Origin: Eledone cirrhosa
Taxonomy: Eukaryota
Assembly: GCA_964016885.1 (NCBI GenBank)
Contig: OZ024742.1
Coordinates: forward strand, 9,052,001-9,116,000
DNA: 64,000 nt
Direction: 5' to 3'
In this document: in pieces, positions 25,785 to 39,870 of the stretch
Layout: each line of letters begins with the position of its first letter
Position numbering within the stretch: the stretch's first letter is position 1
Notes under the pieces: generated by a model
What the model saw: the letters and a program-made list of their open reading frames with translations, nothing else
What the model was told of the DNA's origin: nothing
The model's database searches: none
Made by a program: the position numbers and the translations under genes

Positions 25785-27820
25785 TCACAAATATGTCCTT
25801 ATGGTTCCACATAGAGCTAGGGATCTATATATAACAAATGTATCCTTATGGTTCCACATAGAGCTAGGGATCTATATATAACAAATGTATCCTTATGGTT
25901 CCACATAGAGCTAGGGATCTATATATATATATATAACAAAGGTGTCCTTATGGTTCCACATAGAGCTAGGGATCTATATATAACAAATGTGTCCTTATGG
26001 TTCCACATAGAGCTAGGGATCTATATATATATATATAACAAAGGTGTCCTTATGGTTCCACATAGAGCTAGGGATCTATATATATATATAACAAAGGTGT
26101 CCTTATGGTTCCACATAGAGCTAGGGATATATATATATATAACAAAGGTGTCCTTATGGTTCCACACAGAGCTAGGGATCTATATATAACAAAGGTGTCC
26201 TTATGGTTCCACATAGAGCTAGGGATCTATATATAACAAAGGTGTCCTTATGGTTCCACATAGAGCTAGGGATCTATATATAACAAAGGTGTCCTTATGA
26301 TTCCACATAGAGCTAGGGATCTATATATATATATAACAAAGGTGTCCTTATGGTTCCACATAGAGCTAGGGATATATATATATATAACAAAGGTGTCCTT
26401 ATGGTTCCACATAGAGCTAGGGATCTATATATAACAAAGGTGTCCTTATGATTCCACATAGAGCTAGGGATCTATATATAACAAAGGTGTCCTTATGGTT
26501 CCACATAGAGCTAGGGATCTATATATAACAAAGGTGTCCTTATGATTCCACATAGAGTTAGGGATCTATATATAACAAAGGTGTCCTTATGATTCCACAT
26601 AGAGCTAGGGATCTATATATAACAAAGGTGTCCTCATGGTTCCACATAGAGCTAGGGATCTATATATATATAACAAAGGTGTCCTTATGGTTCCACATAG
26701 AGCTAGGGATCTATATATAACAAAGGTGTCCTTATGGTTCCACATAGAGCTAGGGATCTATATATAACAAAGGTGTCCTTATGGTTCCACATAGAGCTAG
26801 GGATCTATATATAACAAAGGTGTCCTTATGGTTCCACATAGAGCTAGGGATCTATATATATATAACAAAGGTGTCCTTATGGTTCCACATAGAGCTAGGG
26901 ATCTATATATAACAAAGGTGTCCTTATGATTCCACATAGAGCTAGGGATCTATATATAACAAAGGTGTCCTTATGGTTCCACATAGAGCTAGGGATCTAT
27001 ATATAACAAAGGTGTCCTTATGATTCCACATAGAGTTAGGGATCTATATATAACAAAGGTGTCCTTATGATTCCACATAGAGCTAGGGATCTATATATAA
27101 CAAAGGTGTCCTCATGGTTCCACATAGAGCTAGGGATCTATATATATATAACAAAGGTGTCCTTATGGTTCCACATAGAGCTAGGGATCTATATATAACA
27201 AAGGTGTCCTTATGGTTCCACATAGAGCTAGGGATCTATATATAACAAAGGTGTCCTTATGATTCCACATAGAGCTAGGGATCTATATATAACAAAGGTG
27301 TCCTTATGGTTCCACATAGAGCTAGGGATCTATATATAACAAAGGTGTCCTTATGGTTCCACATAGAGCTAGGGATCTATATATAACAAAGGTGTCCTTA
27401 TGGTTCCACATAGAGCTAGGGATCTATATATAACAAAGGTGTCCTTATGATTCCACATAGAGCTAGGGATCTATATATAACAAAGGTGTCCTCATGGTTC
27501 CACATAGAGCTAGGGATATATATATATATAACAAAGGTGTCCTTATGGTTCCACATAGAGCTAGGGATCTATATATAACAAAGGTGTCCTTATGGTTCCA
27601 CATAGAGCTAGGGATCTATATATAACAAAGGTGTCCTTATCATTCCACATAGAGTTAGGGATCTATATATAACAAAGGTGTCCTTATGGTTCCACATAGA
27701 GCTAGGGATCTATATATAACAAAGGTGTCCTTATGGTTCCACATAGAGCTAGGGATCTATTTATAACAAAGGTGTCCTTATGGTTCCACATAGAGCTAGG
27801 GATCTATATATATATCTATA
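25785..27820. repeat. 47-bp tandem satellite (GGTGTCCTTATGGTTCCACATAGAGCTAGGGATCTATATATAACAAA) with variable TA core
   Basis: Period 47 (26191 to 26238); longer units carry extra TA. Confidence 0.97.
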
Positions 27821-27982
27821 TAAACCAGATGAAGGTTACTGGGAAAGGAGGAACAGTGGAGGGGGGGGGGGTATTATTTCGAAATATCAAATGGATTCAA
27901 ATCATTCTAAAATATATCAGCAGAAACAATGTAATTATATATATGAATATATATATACACTGAATACAACATACTCTTATAC

Positions 27983-29400
27983 GGCATACGTCAAAACGGC
28001 CGGTCGCAAAAGTGAAACTAATTTTTGACGACAGTTACGTACGTCATTATTTTCAATTTGGATTGTGAATTTGTTTGTTTTTTTACAACAGGTCTCAATA
28101 GTAAAAGTGAATTTTGTTAATGGTGTTAATTAGTATTGCGTGTACGTGATTTTATTTTTATTCTTTTTTTGTGTATTGTGTGTACGGAAAATTATTTTTA
28201 AATAATGACATTGTGTGTTGAAATAAATAAATATTGAAAATCCTTATTACACCCTATAAATAACTGAAATACAGTTGATCATCTCACCAAACTTGTTGGC
28301 ACCAACTCTCTGTCGCCAAAGAAATTAAGGTAGGGTCATAAGAAGGACAGAGAATGATAAGGGATTTGGGTCAGAGGGGCAGCTTGGGGTCAGAAAGGCA
28401 GATTGGCGTCAGAAGGGCTGGGAAAATTCTTTTTTTTTTTTAAACGAAGCACCGAAGGGTTGGATTGTAATACAGTGTCACATCAAATATGGCTGGACGA
28501 GTGTATGGTTGCGTTACCTTAGTTGAAGATATTTTGGATACCAATGCTATTCTTAATCGTTTTGAAACAATGTATGCACTGTTCCCGGCGATACACGGTG
28601 ACACGTTGTGTATGTTACAGTGGTTGGCGAGTCGGCGTCTGTTGGCGAACAGTGTGAATTGTCCTGTCTGCAATGAGGCGTGCACATTGCAAAGAAATTC
28701 TGAGGGGATTGATAAATAGAGATGGCGATGCGCCCGCGACAAATTTAGTCAATCGGTGTGACGGAATTCTTTATTTTATCGAAGCCGTGTTCGACTCGAA
28801 CACCTTATTGGCATTATCTATATGTGGTGCTACGATCATGCCCAAACTGAGATGATGAGAGAAACAGGACTTAGCAAGCCGACAATTATAGACTGGTGCA
28901 ATTTCCTTAGAGAAATTTGTGAGCAGTATTTGGAGGCGAATCCTCAACAGCATGGGACAAGCGATGCTTTATTCCCCTCATATCTAGCTGAATTTCTTTG
29001 GCGGCAGAGAGTTGGTGCCAACAAGTTTGGCAAGATGATCAACTGTATTTTAGCTATTTATAGGGTGTAATAAGGATTTTCATAAGGTACGTCAATTTAT
29101 ATTTGATATGCAACAAACGTATAACTATGTAGTTATTTAAAAAAAAAAAAAAATTTATTTCTTTCAACACACAATGTCATTATTTAAAAAAAAAATGTCC
29201 GTACACACAATACACAAAAAAATAAAAAATAAAATATCACGTACACGCAATACTAATTAACACCATCAACAAAATTTACTTTCACTATTGAGACCTGTTG
29301 TAAAAAAACAAACAAATTCACAATCCAAATTGAAAATAATGACGTACGTAACTGTAAAAAATTAGTTTCACTTTTGCGACCGGCCGTTTTGACGTATGCC
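27983..29400 (+). mobile_element. Merlin (IS1595-like) DNA transposon, internally deleted, long TIRs
   Basis: GGCATACGTCAAAACGGCCGGTCGCAAAAGTG... inverted at 29400; ~340-bp imperfect TIRs; imperfect 9-bp flanks ctcttatac/ttattatac. Confidence 0.85.
28489..29070 (+). pseudogene. Merlin-type transposase remnant lacking the DDE core
   Basis: WLASRRLLANSVNCPVC..D..RWRC; GLSKPTIIDWCNFLREIC; fused directly to SYLAEFLWR C-terminus; stops present. Confidence 0.75.
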
Positions 29401-29689
29401 TTATTATACATTATATACACATACACACACTCGATACAGTATACTCATACATATAAACATATATAAACACACATACTAGATACACCATACTCGTATATAG
29501 AGTATACATATACACACACTAGAAATAAAGTCATACATATAAAGATATACAACATAAACATGCAGATATATATAAAGATATATACACACACACGCACTAG
29601 AAATAGCATACTCATACATATAAATCTATACTAATGCACACATATATACACACATACACACTAGAGTATCAGTTTCACTCTCATACAGA

Positions 29690-32360
29690 GAGAGAGAGGG
29701 GGAAACGAGAGTCAGTTATATATAGTGAGAGAGGCGGGAGAGAGTAAGAAACATACAGTAAGAGAGGAGAAAGAGAGTCAGTAATATATAGTGAAAGAGG
29801 CGGGAGAGAGTAAGTAACATACAGTAAGAGAGGAGAAAGAGAGTCAGTTATATATAGTGAGAGAGGGAGAGAGAGAGTAAGTTATGTATAGTAAGAGAAG
29901 AGGAAGAGAATCACTTACATATATTGAAATAGGGGGGGGGGGGATCACTTACATACATTGAGAGAGAGGTAGAGAGGTGGATATGAGTTAGGTACATATA
30001 ATGAGAGAGGGGGAAGAGAATGAGGTTCCTATATTGAGAAAGGAAGAGAAGTAAATTAGATATATGTAACTAACTCTCTTCCCCCTCTCTAGCTATATGT
30101 GACTAACTCACTTCCCCCTCTCTAACTATATGTAACTGACTCTCTTCCCCCTCTCTCACTATATATAACTAACACTCTTCCCTCTCTCTCACTATACATA
30201 ACTTACTCTGCTCCTCCTCTCTCAATATATGTAACTTACTCTTCCCCCTCTCTCACTATACATAACTTACTCTCCGCCTCCTCTCTCAATATATGTAACT
30301 TACTCTTCCCCCTCTCTCACTATACACAACTTACTCTCCTCCTCCTCTCTCAATATATGTAACTTACTCTTCCCCCTCTCTCACTATATATAACTTACTC
30401 TCTTACCCCTCTCTCTCTATACATAAATTACTCTCTTCCCCTCTCTCTATATATGTAGTTTACCATCTTCCCCCTCTATCCCAATACATAACTTACTCTC
30501 CTCCCCCTCTCTCAATATATGTAACATAATATCTTCCCCCTCTCTCACTATATATAGTTATGTATAGTGAGAGAGGGAGAAAAGAGTAAGTTATATATAT
30601 TGAGATTGGGGGAAGAATGTAAATTATGTAGAGTCAGAGAGGCGGAAGAGAATAAATTATGTATAGTGAGAGAGAAGGAAGAGAGTGAGTTAGATATAGT
30701 GAGAGGGGGAAAGAGAGTTAGTTAGATATAGTGAGAGAGGGGGAAGAGAGTAAGTTATATATAGTGAGAGAGGGAGAAGAAAGTAAGTTACATATATTGA
30801 GAGAAGGGGAGGAGAGTAAGTTATGTATAATGAGATAGAGGGAAGAGAGTAAGTTATATACATAACTTACTCTCCTCCCCCTCTCTCACTATATATAACT
30901 TACACTCTTCCCCTCTCTCACTCTACATAATTTACTTTCTTCCCCCTCTCTCAATATAAGTAACTTACTCTCTTCTCCCTCTCTCACTATACATAACTTA
31001 CGCTGTTCCCCCTCTCTCACTATACATAACATACTCTCTTCTCCCTCTCTCACTATACATAACTTACTCTGTTCCCCTTCTCTCACTATACATAACATAC
31101 TCTCTTCTCCCTCTCTCACTATACATAACTTACACTCTTCCCTCTCTCTCACTATACATAACTTACTCTCTTCCTCCTCTCTCAATATATGTAGTTTACT
31201 CTCTTCCCCCTCTCTCAATATACCTAACTTACTCTCTTCTCCCTCTCTCACTATATATACCTTACTCTCTTCCTCCTCTCTCAATATATGTAACTAACTC
31301 TCTTCCTCCTCTCTCACTATATGTAGTTTACTCTCCACCCCCTCACGCAATATATATGACTTACTCTCTCACTATATATAACTTACTCTCTTCCCCCTTT
31401 CTCACTATATATAACTTACTCTCTTCCCCCTCTCTTACTATACATACCTTACTCTCTTCCCCTCTCTCACTATACATAACTTACTCTCTTCCTCCTTTCT
31501 CACTATATATAACTTACTCTCGTCCACCTCTCTCAATATATCTAAGGCGGGTAAAATTCCCGTGATCCATGGGCGAGTTCTCTCCAGCAGTCTCTGTCCC
31601 TCATTATTGCTGCCATGTCCTGCGTCTCCAACAGACCAGTGTCTGTCCTTAGGGCATCAACATACGTTAACCTTGGTCTTCTAGTGTGTCCATGTAGGGG
31701 CTCCCACAGGACCACTGAGTGCAATGTCAGCTCTGGATGTCGGTGAACATGTCCAGCTAACCTCAGTAACCTCAATATATATAACTTACAATCTTCCTCT
31801 CTCTCACTATATCTAACTAACTGTCTTCCCCCTCTCTCAATATATATAACTGACTCTCTTTTCCCTCTCTTAATACATGTAACTAACGCGTTTACCCTCT
31901 GTCACTATACATAACTCACTCTCTTCCCCCTCTCTCAATATACATAACTTACTCTCTTCCCCCTCTCTCAATATATGTAACGGACTCTCTTCCCCATCTC
32001 TCAATATATGTAACTATCTCTCTTCCCCCTCTCTCACTATATATAACTAACACGCTTCCTCCTCTCTCACTATATATAACTTACTCTCTTCCCCTCTCAC
32101 ACTATATGTAACGTACTCTCTTCCCCCTCTCTTAATATATGTAACTAACTTCTTCCCCCTCTCTAACTATACATAACTTACTCTCTTTCCCCTCTCTCAA
32201 TATATGTAACTAACTTTCTTGCCCAACTCACTATATTTAAGTTTAATATATTGCGCGAGGAGGAAGAGAGTAAACTACATACAGTGAGAGAGTAAGTTAT
32301 ATATATCGGGACGGTGGGAAGAGAGTAAGCTATATATATTGAGAGAGGTGGGGTAGAGTA
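29690..32360. repeat. Degenerate ~33-bp satellite (CTCTCTCACTATACATAACTTACTCTCTTCCCC-like) with several orientation flips
   Basis: 11-aa periodicity in ORF 30889-31284; GA-rich and CT-rich blocks alternate at ~30060, ~30556, ~30858, ~32240. Confidence 0.88.
31545..31767 (-). mobile_element. 3' fragment of RTE-like non-LTR retrotransposon
   Basis: LRLAGHVHRHPE..VLWEPLHG..RPRLTYVDAL..DTGL..MRDRDCWRE, typical RTE-group ORF C-terminus. Confidence 0.75.
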
Positions 32361-32597
32361 CCATATGTAGGTGTAGAGTATGTCAACCTCTCCCTTTCCT
32401 TTCTTTACTAGACCATGGCCCTTCCACCCGCCTTTCCTCTCATGTATGGCATTTATAGTTCTTTCCAAGACTGCTCTCTTTTCTCCAAGTTTATATAACT
32501 CTACTACAAAATTAAACTAATATGTTAAACAAATAATATACGAAGTAGAATTTTCGTTTTTCTTTATTTTTGAAGCGCTAAAAATATATATATATAT

Positions 32598-32804
32598 AGG
32601 AAAATGTATGACGCCGACGGCAGAGCTCAAGCCTTTTCGACGGCTATTTCTGGACTAACTATTTCTAGTCCAGAAATAACCGTCGAAACGGCTTGAGCTC
32701 TGCCGTCGGTGTCATACTTTTTCCTATTTCCCACTCAACTACCCTAAGTATTGAGTACTCTGGTGCGTTATGGTCCATCTGGTTCCTTACCACAATTCCT
32801 TTGT

Positions 32805-32805
<1 letters not shown>
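32598..32805. mobile_element. Mini fold-back element retaining the 3' half of a hammerhead, plus tail
   Basis: Arms 32598-32657 and 32666-32726; GAAA-cggc..gccg-TC at 32685-32707; (TA)n on both sides. Confidence 0.75.
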
Positions 32806-32837
<32 letters not shown>

Positions 32838-32912
32838 CACGCAACCCACACACAAACAAAATGGCGTAGGATAGAAGAAAGGAAAGGCACAGAAACGAAG
32901 AAAGAAATCCCC

Positions 32913-32957
32913 AGTCACTGAAGAGGTCACAGAGTGTGTGACGAAAGAACTATGACT
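32913..32957 (+). ncRNA. Minimal type I hammerhead in a ~130-bp insert between (TA)n tracts
   Basis: agtca-CTGAAGA-g(gtcaca/tgtgac)-GAAA-gaac-TA-tgact. Confidence 0.78.
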
Positions 32958-33758
32958 ATATATATATAAACAACTATCTGGTTGTGGAACCAACCAACCA
33001 ACCAGAAATTTATAAATTTGTAAATTTATAAATATATATTAAATTAAATTGAAGTGAAAGCAACTGGTGCGTGTGTTTCTTATTGGCAACATGACCCTCC
33101 CAAAGTATAACAATATATATATATTGTTATACTTGGTGAGCGTCATATTGTTGTAATATTGCCAGAAATAATAACAGAACACACTCACTGTTTGGTTGGT
33201 TTTCGCAACAATATGACCCACCTCAAGGATAACAAAATTTGCTTCGACACAAGATTTCACCTTGCAAAACAAATTCATGTATATATATAGAAATATTAAA
33301 ACAATGAAATTAAACACAAAACTGTTAATTCATAGTAAAACTCATTATTTTACGATCGTTTCTGGGGGGTAGTTCTCTATCTTCTACATACGGATTATAT
33401 TAAGTTCTTTATACGGTTTAGACCCTACCATTGAGTGGTAGATTTATCTGTGTATATATATATACACGGACATATTCACGTATATATATATATATATACA
33501 GCTAAAAAAAGTAGATTAGAGAGATAAAAATATAAATGTTGTTAGTGAAAGATTTGAAATGATTTAAGAAGTAAAAGAGAAGGGAAAGTTGTGTGAAGAC
33601 ATGAAATGGTGTTGGAGCGTCGATATAAACATGTAGTTGTGATAGGTGCTGTCAAAACAATACCTCGTATATTATACTTGCTATATATGTCTATGTATAG
33701 AAACAACACTATTGTAAATATGTCGGAGTGTATCTGTGCACACACATATAAACACGCT

Positions 33759-33838
<80 letters not shown>

Positions 33839-33902
33839 CAGGCATTCACTCATACATACTCGTATATATAGACATAAACACGTACACACGCGCACAAACG
33901 CA

Positions 33903-33985
<83 letters not shown>

Positions 33986-33987
<2 letters not shown>

Positions 33988-34330
33988 TTATTTATTAAAA
34001 TAACAGATTAAAGTTTAAGCAAAGAATCGCTACTTTCACCCTTAACGGGATCTTCTGAAACTAACAAAGTCAATCTGTAAACGCAGAAGTGGATATTTCA
34101 AAAAACGTTGCAACCGGAGGAAGACAGGAAGACGATACTTTGGTTCGTGGAAACGTTCGCTGGCTAGTTTCAGAAGATCCCGTTAAGGGTGAAAGCAGCG
34201 ATTCTTTGCTTAAACTTTAATCTGTTATTTTAATAAATATTTGCTCTACGGTTCTTATATATTTGATATATATTTATCCTTATCGAGCCCTCTTTGGATT
34301 TTAGTCTTCAAATTTATTATTATTACTATT
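33986..34330. mobile_element. Fold-back element with HHR arms and right tail
   Basis: 33991-34063 mirrors 34165-34237; flanked by (TA)n. Confidence 0.8.
34166..34216 (+). ncRNA. Hammerhead, CAGAAGA variant (mirror at 34012-34062 on minus)
   Basis: agttt-CAGAAGA-(tccc/gggt)-GAAA-gca..tgc-TT-aaact. Confidence 0.62.
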
Positions 34331-34500
34331 ATATATATATATATATATATATATAATAAAAGTAATATCAACCACGTAATCTCCTGTGTATTTATGTAAC
34401 TGAGCGTCATACCTCAGTTTGAGAACATTGAACAGGTTATAACTTCAGAACGACACACACAGGCGTCCACACACTTATAGGTAGAGAGACTGACACACAC

Positions 34501-34581
<81 letters not shown>

Positions 34582-34587
<6 letters not shown>

Positions 34588-35232
34588 GACGTAAAATAAG
34601 AAAATTAAAAAAAATTCAAAATCAACTTACTAAAATTTTCACTCCAACTAATTAGTTTGTAAGGGGATAAATATAGTTACGTAATATAACTATAGAGACT
34701 TCCTTACGTCATCAGGGAGTCTATTCTCAGCTAAGTTCCCAGGCGATGCGCGGACACTAGGAACCCATATAAAAATAATAATTCAGTGGATGGAATAGAG
34801 CTAGCGGGGACTAATTCCAGAGCACTGAAAAAATTCACTGCCTCTGGTCAGTGGCAGATTCTAAAGATTCAATCACGTGACACTGAGGTTAATCAGTTAG
34901 GAGCGGGGTGGTATTATGACAAGAGCCTACTACTACCATGAATCAGCAGTAAATTTTGGCAAGTTTTGCTCAACAAATAATTTGGAGTTAAATATAGAGA
35001 ATTAGTACATCTACCAACATATTTATCCCCTTACAGAAACTAATTAGTTAGAGTGAACATTTTAGTAAGTAAGTTGATTTTTAATTTTTTTAAATTTTCT
35101 TATTTTACGTCTTTCATATAATTGTTCTGCATCCCCCTGCATAGAACCACAAAGGTACTAAGACATAACATATATATTTGCTAGCATGGGTGTACATCTG
35201 TACACATATGTTGGTAGATGTACTAATTCTCG
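34582..35232. mobile_element. Non-coding HHR element (family A), fold-back with circularly permuted unit
   Basis: 34582-34673 mirrors 35019-35120; 34997-35022 is the exact reverse complement of tail end 35206-35231; homologous to 45871-46622. Confidence 0.85.
34641..34720 (-). ncRNA. Type I hammerhead (family A)
   Basis: actcc-CTGATGA-(gtaagg/ccttac)-AAA-ctaattag-TT-ggagt; the G of GAAA is lost here but intact in the right arm (35036). Confidence 0.65.
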
Positions 35233-35471
35233 CTCTCTCTCTCTCTATATATATATATATGTGTTATTATATAACTACATTACATCTAAGAAATACGTAT
35301 AACAAATAAAATAAAGATGTACGAATAAAACTGTCTCTCTTATTTATAATACTAAAACTCCGGACGTTACTTTACGGGGAGAATCCTAAAGAACAAAAAT
35401 CGTGGAGTGCTTCACGTTCATTTAAGAATAAGTCAGCAGATTTTTAATAATCAACCAGCTTTCTTCAATTG

Positions 35472-36585
<1,114 letters not shown>

Positions 36586-36672
36586 TGTATACATATACAC
36601 ATATACATATATATACACACACACACACATATATATATACATATATATACATATATATACATATATACATAC

Positions 36673-36775
<103 letters not shown>

Positions 36776-36970
36776 TATGTATATATATATATATACATAC
36801 ACATACATACATATATACACACACATACATATATATATATATACACACATAAATATACACATATACAAACATATACAAACACATCTACAGAAAAACACGT
36901 ATATACACATATACGAAAAAAAAATACATATACACAAATATGGATATCTCTGTGTATATATATATGTATA

Positions 36971-37019
<49 letters not shown>

Positions 37020-37061
37020 ATGTATATATATATGTATGTATGTATATATATGTTATGTATG

Positions 37062-37130
<69 letters not shown>

Positions 37131-37143
37131 ATGTGTGCATATA

Positions 37144-37194
<51 letters not shown>

Positions 37195-37255
37195 ATGTGT
37201 GTATATATATATGTATATATGTGTATATGTATATATATATATATGTGTGTATATG

Positions 37256-37311
<56 letters not shown>

Positions 37312-37317
<6 letters not shown>

Positions 37318-37623
37318 CAAAAGATGGTTTAAAGAGTTCCATGTATTTTATTATGTGCATTTCAAAAACAAATATCATCACAGGATGATATTTGCGTTCT
37401 CATCAGATAAAATAGGGATACATGTAATGAAGCTTAAAAAACACTTGCGAGCAGTGAAGTGTTAAATCAACATATCAACAACTTCACTGCTCGCAAGTGT
37501 TTTTTAAGCTTCATATCATGTCTTCCTATTTTATCTGATGAGAATGCAAATATCATCCTATGATGATATTTGTTTTTGAAATGCGCATAATAAAATACAT
37601 GGAACTCTTTAAACCATCTTTTG

Positions 37624-37628
<5 letters not shown>
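37312..37628. mobile_element. Hairpin derivative of the 19-23 kb PLE family
   Basis: Arms mirror around ~37470; aligns with 19088-19250 and 23220-23378; HHRs at 37344-37414 (-) and 37527-37597 (+). Confidence 0.9.
37527..37597 (+). ncRNA. Type I hammerhead ribozyme
   Basis: tattttat-CTGATGA-stem II-GAAA-tgcgca-TA-ataaaata (8-bp perfect stem I). Confidence 0.83.
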
Positions 37629-37694
<66 letters not shown>

Positions 37695-37778
37695 CTTAGA
37701 GTTTAGACTCAAGGAGGTCATTTACAATAATTTCAGCTCTAGGAAACGCTTCTGAGCAGTATAAATTAATATTTGATG

Positions 37779-37847
<69 letters not shown>

Positions 37848-37852
<5 letters not shown>

Positions 37853-38009
37853 AGCTTCATATCATGAAATGCGTATAATGAAATACATGGAACTCTTTTA
37901 ACCATCTTTTGATTTTATATTATTTAGACTCCAGTCCTATAAACTGTTGAGTGCTACTTATCCGATATTTGCATTGCTTTATTGTGCTACAATAAAACTC
38001 ACCTCCTAC
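37848..38009 (+). mobile_element. Deleted pLTR end plus tail of the same family
   Basis: CTGATGA and stem II deleted; tail matches 23379-23470. Confidence 0.8.
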
Positions 38010-38041
<32 letters not shown>

Positions 38042-38054
38042 ATGTGTATATATG

Positions 38055-38089
<35 letters not shown>

Positions 38090-38149
38090 TTATATATATA
38101 TGTATATATATGTATTTATACATATATATATATATATATGTATATATAC

Positions 38150-38199
<50 letters not shown>

Positions 38200-38359
38200 A
38201 TATATATATGTATGTGTATATATGTATATATATATATATATGTATGTGTATATATGTGCATATATATATATATATATATGCATATATATATATGTGTGTA
38301 TATTTATATATATATATATGTATATATGTATATATATATATGTATGTGTATATATGTGC

Positions 38360-38402
<43 letters not shown>

Positions 38403-39408
38403 TGTGTATATATATATATATGTATATATACCGAGTCCAGATGCATCACTGATTTTTCGTTTTTTTATACTATATATAAATATATATATATAAGTATATA
38501 TATGTATATAAGTGTAAGGTGTTTATTAATTAGGTTTATAAACTTACAATACATACACTCACAGTTTATAAACTTAAATTACATACACTCACAATCCAAT
38601 CACACTAGATCTATCCTTAAAAATCTAGCATATAACATCTCACTCAGAATCTCTAACCTTTCATCTAACCAGGATGTATTCGATAAAAATGCGCCCTTTT
38701 ATAACGAAGCTTTAGCTAGAAGCGGCCAAAAAAACAAATTAGTCTTTATACCTTGCACCAAAAATACTTCAAACATACAACCCAATATTACCAACACACA
38801 CCAAATGAAAAACCGACACATAAATGACACTCACACTACACCCCAAAATACCAACCTAAAACTTATTTTATCTACCTCTTCTCACATAAAATATAACTTT
38901 CAAAAAACCATTCATCCTAATACTCCAATATATGTTAACATTACTAACAAAATTCCTAATAATCAGACTAAAACACCTAAAACAGTTAATCTAACTAAAC
39001 CTATATATAATAAATTCACTAATAGTAACTCTCTTAGGAAACATCCTGATACATAGTATAAATATAAAAAAAACAATATCGAAACAGTAATAGACATGTT
39101 ACTTGTTATAATGGTCCATTTAATCTACAAATTAAAGATGATATCCATAAATAATTGTTTACTATCCTATGGAAAAACTTCCCGCCAAACCATAAATACC
39201 ATCAAATTGTAAATAGATCAACTGTCAAATGTTCCTACTCCACTACCAAAAATATACAACAAAATATAACTGCGTACAACGCATATAAATGTAAAAAAAA
39301 ACGACGAATATACCACCAACACATCAAACCAACCATAATACTAAAATAAACCGCAACAAACCACCATCTCCTTCACATATAACAAGTCGAGTAAATTCCA
39401 CACCAAAT

Positions 39409-39870
39409 TTGACTAGCTTCCCCGATATAATACTCACGAATGGTTGTAACTGTAGAAACAAAAGATATTGCCCATTAAAGGGAAATTGTCTTACTAATAA
39501 CATAGTCTATAAATGTAAGATTAGCACTAAGGGCTCCACTTATTCATATATAAGAGCTACGTCTAACCAATTTAAAGTAAGATTTAATATACACAATCAT
39601 AGTTTTAAAAATGCCGCATTAGCTAATACAACATCCTTGGCTGAAACAGTTAATAATTATAGAAAAAACAATATCGATTACAATCTGACCTGGAGTGTGC
39701 TCAAAAGGGCCACCCCTTATCAAAATAACAGATATGAGTGTAGATTATGCTCCCAGAAATTATTTGAAATAATGAAATCAAAGGATATCCTATTAAATAA
39801 GCGACAAGAATTAATTATATCTTGCAATCATAGAATTAGAAGAACATTCAAATATTATAAACCTAATTAA
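39409..39870 (+). pseudogene. PLE GIY-YIG endonuclease domain remnant
   Basis: IVYKCKI..YIRAT (YIG mutated)..FKVRF; upstream frames broken by stops/frameshifts. Confidence 0.85.
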
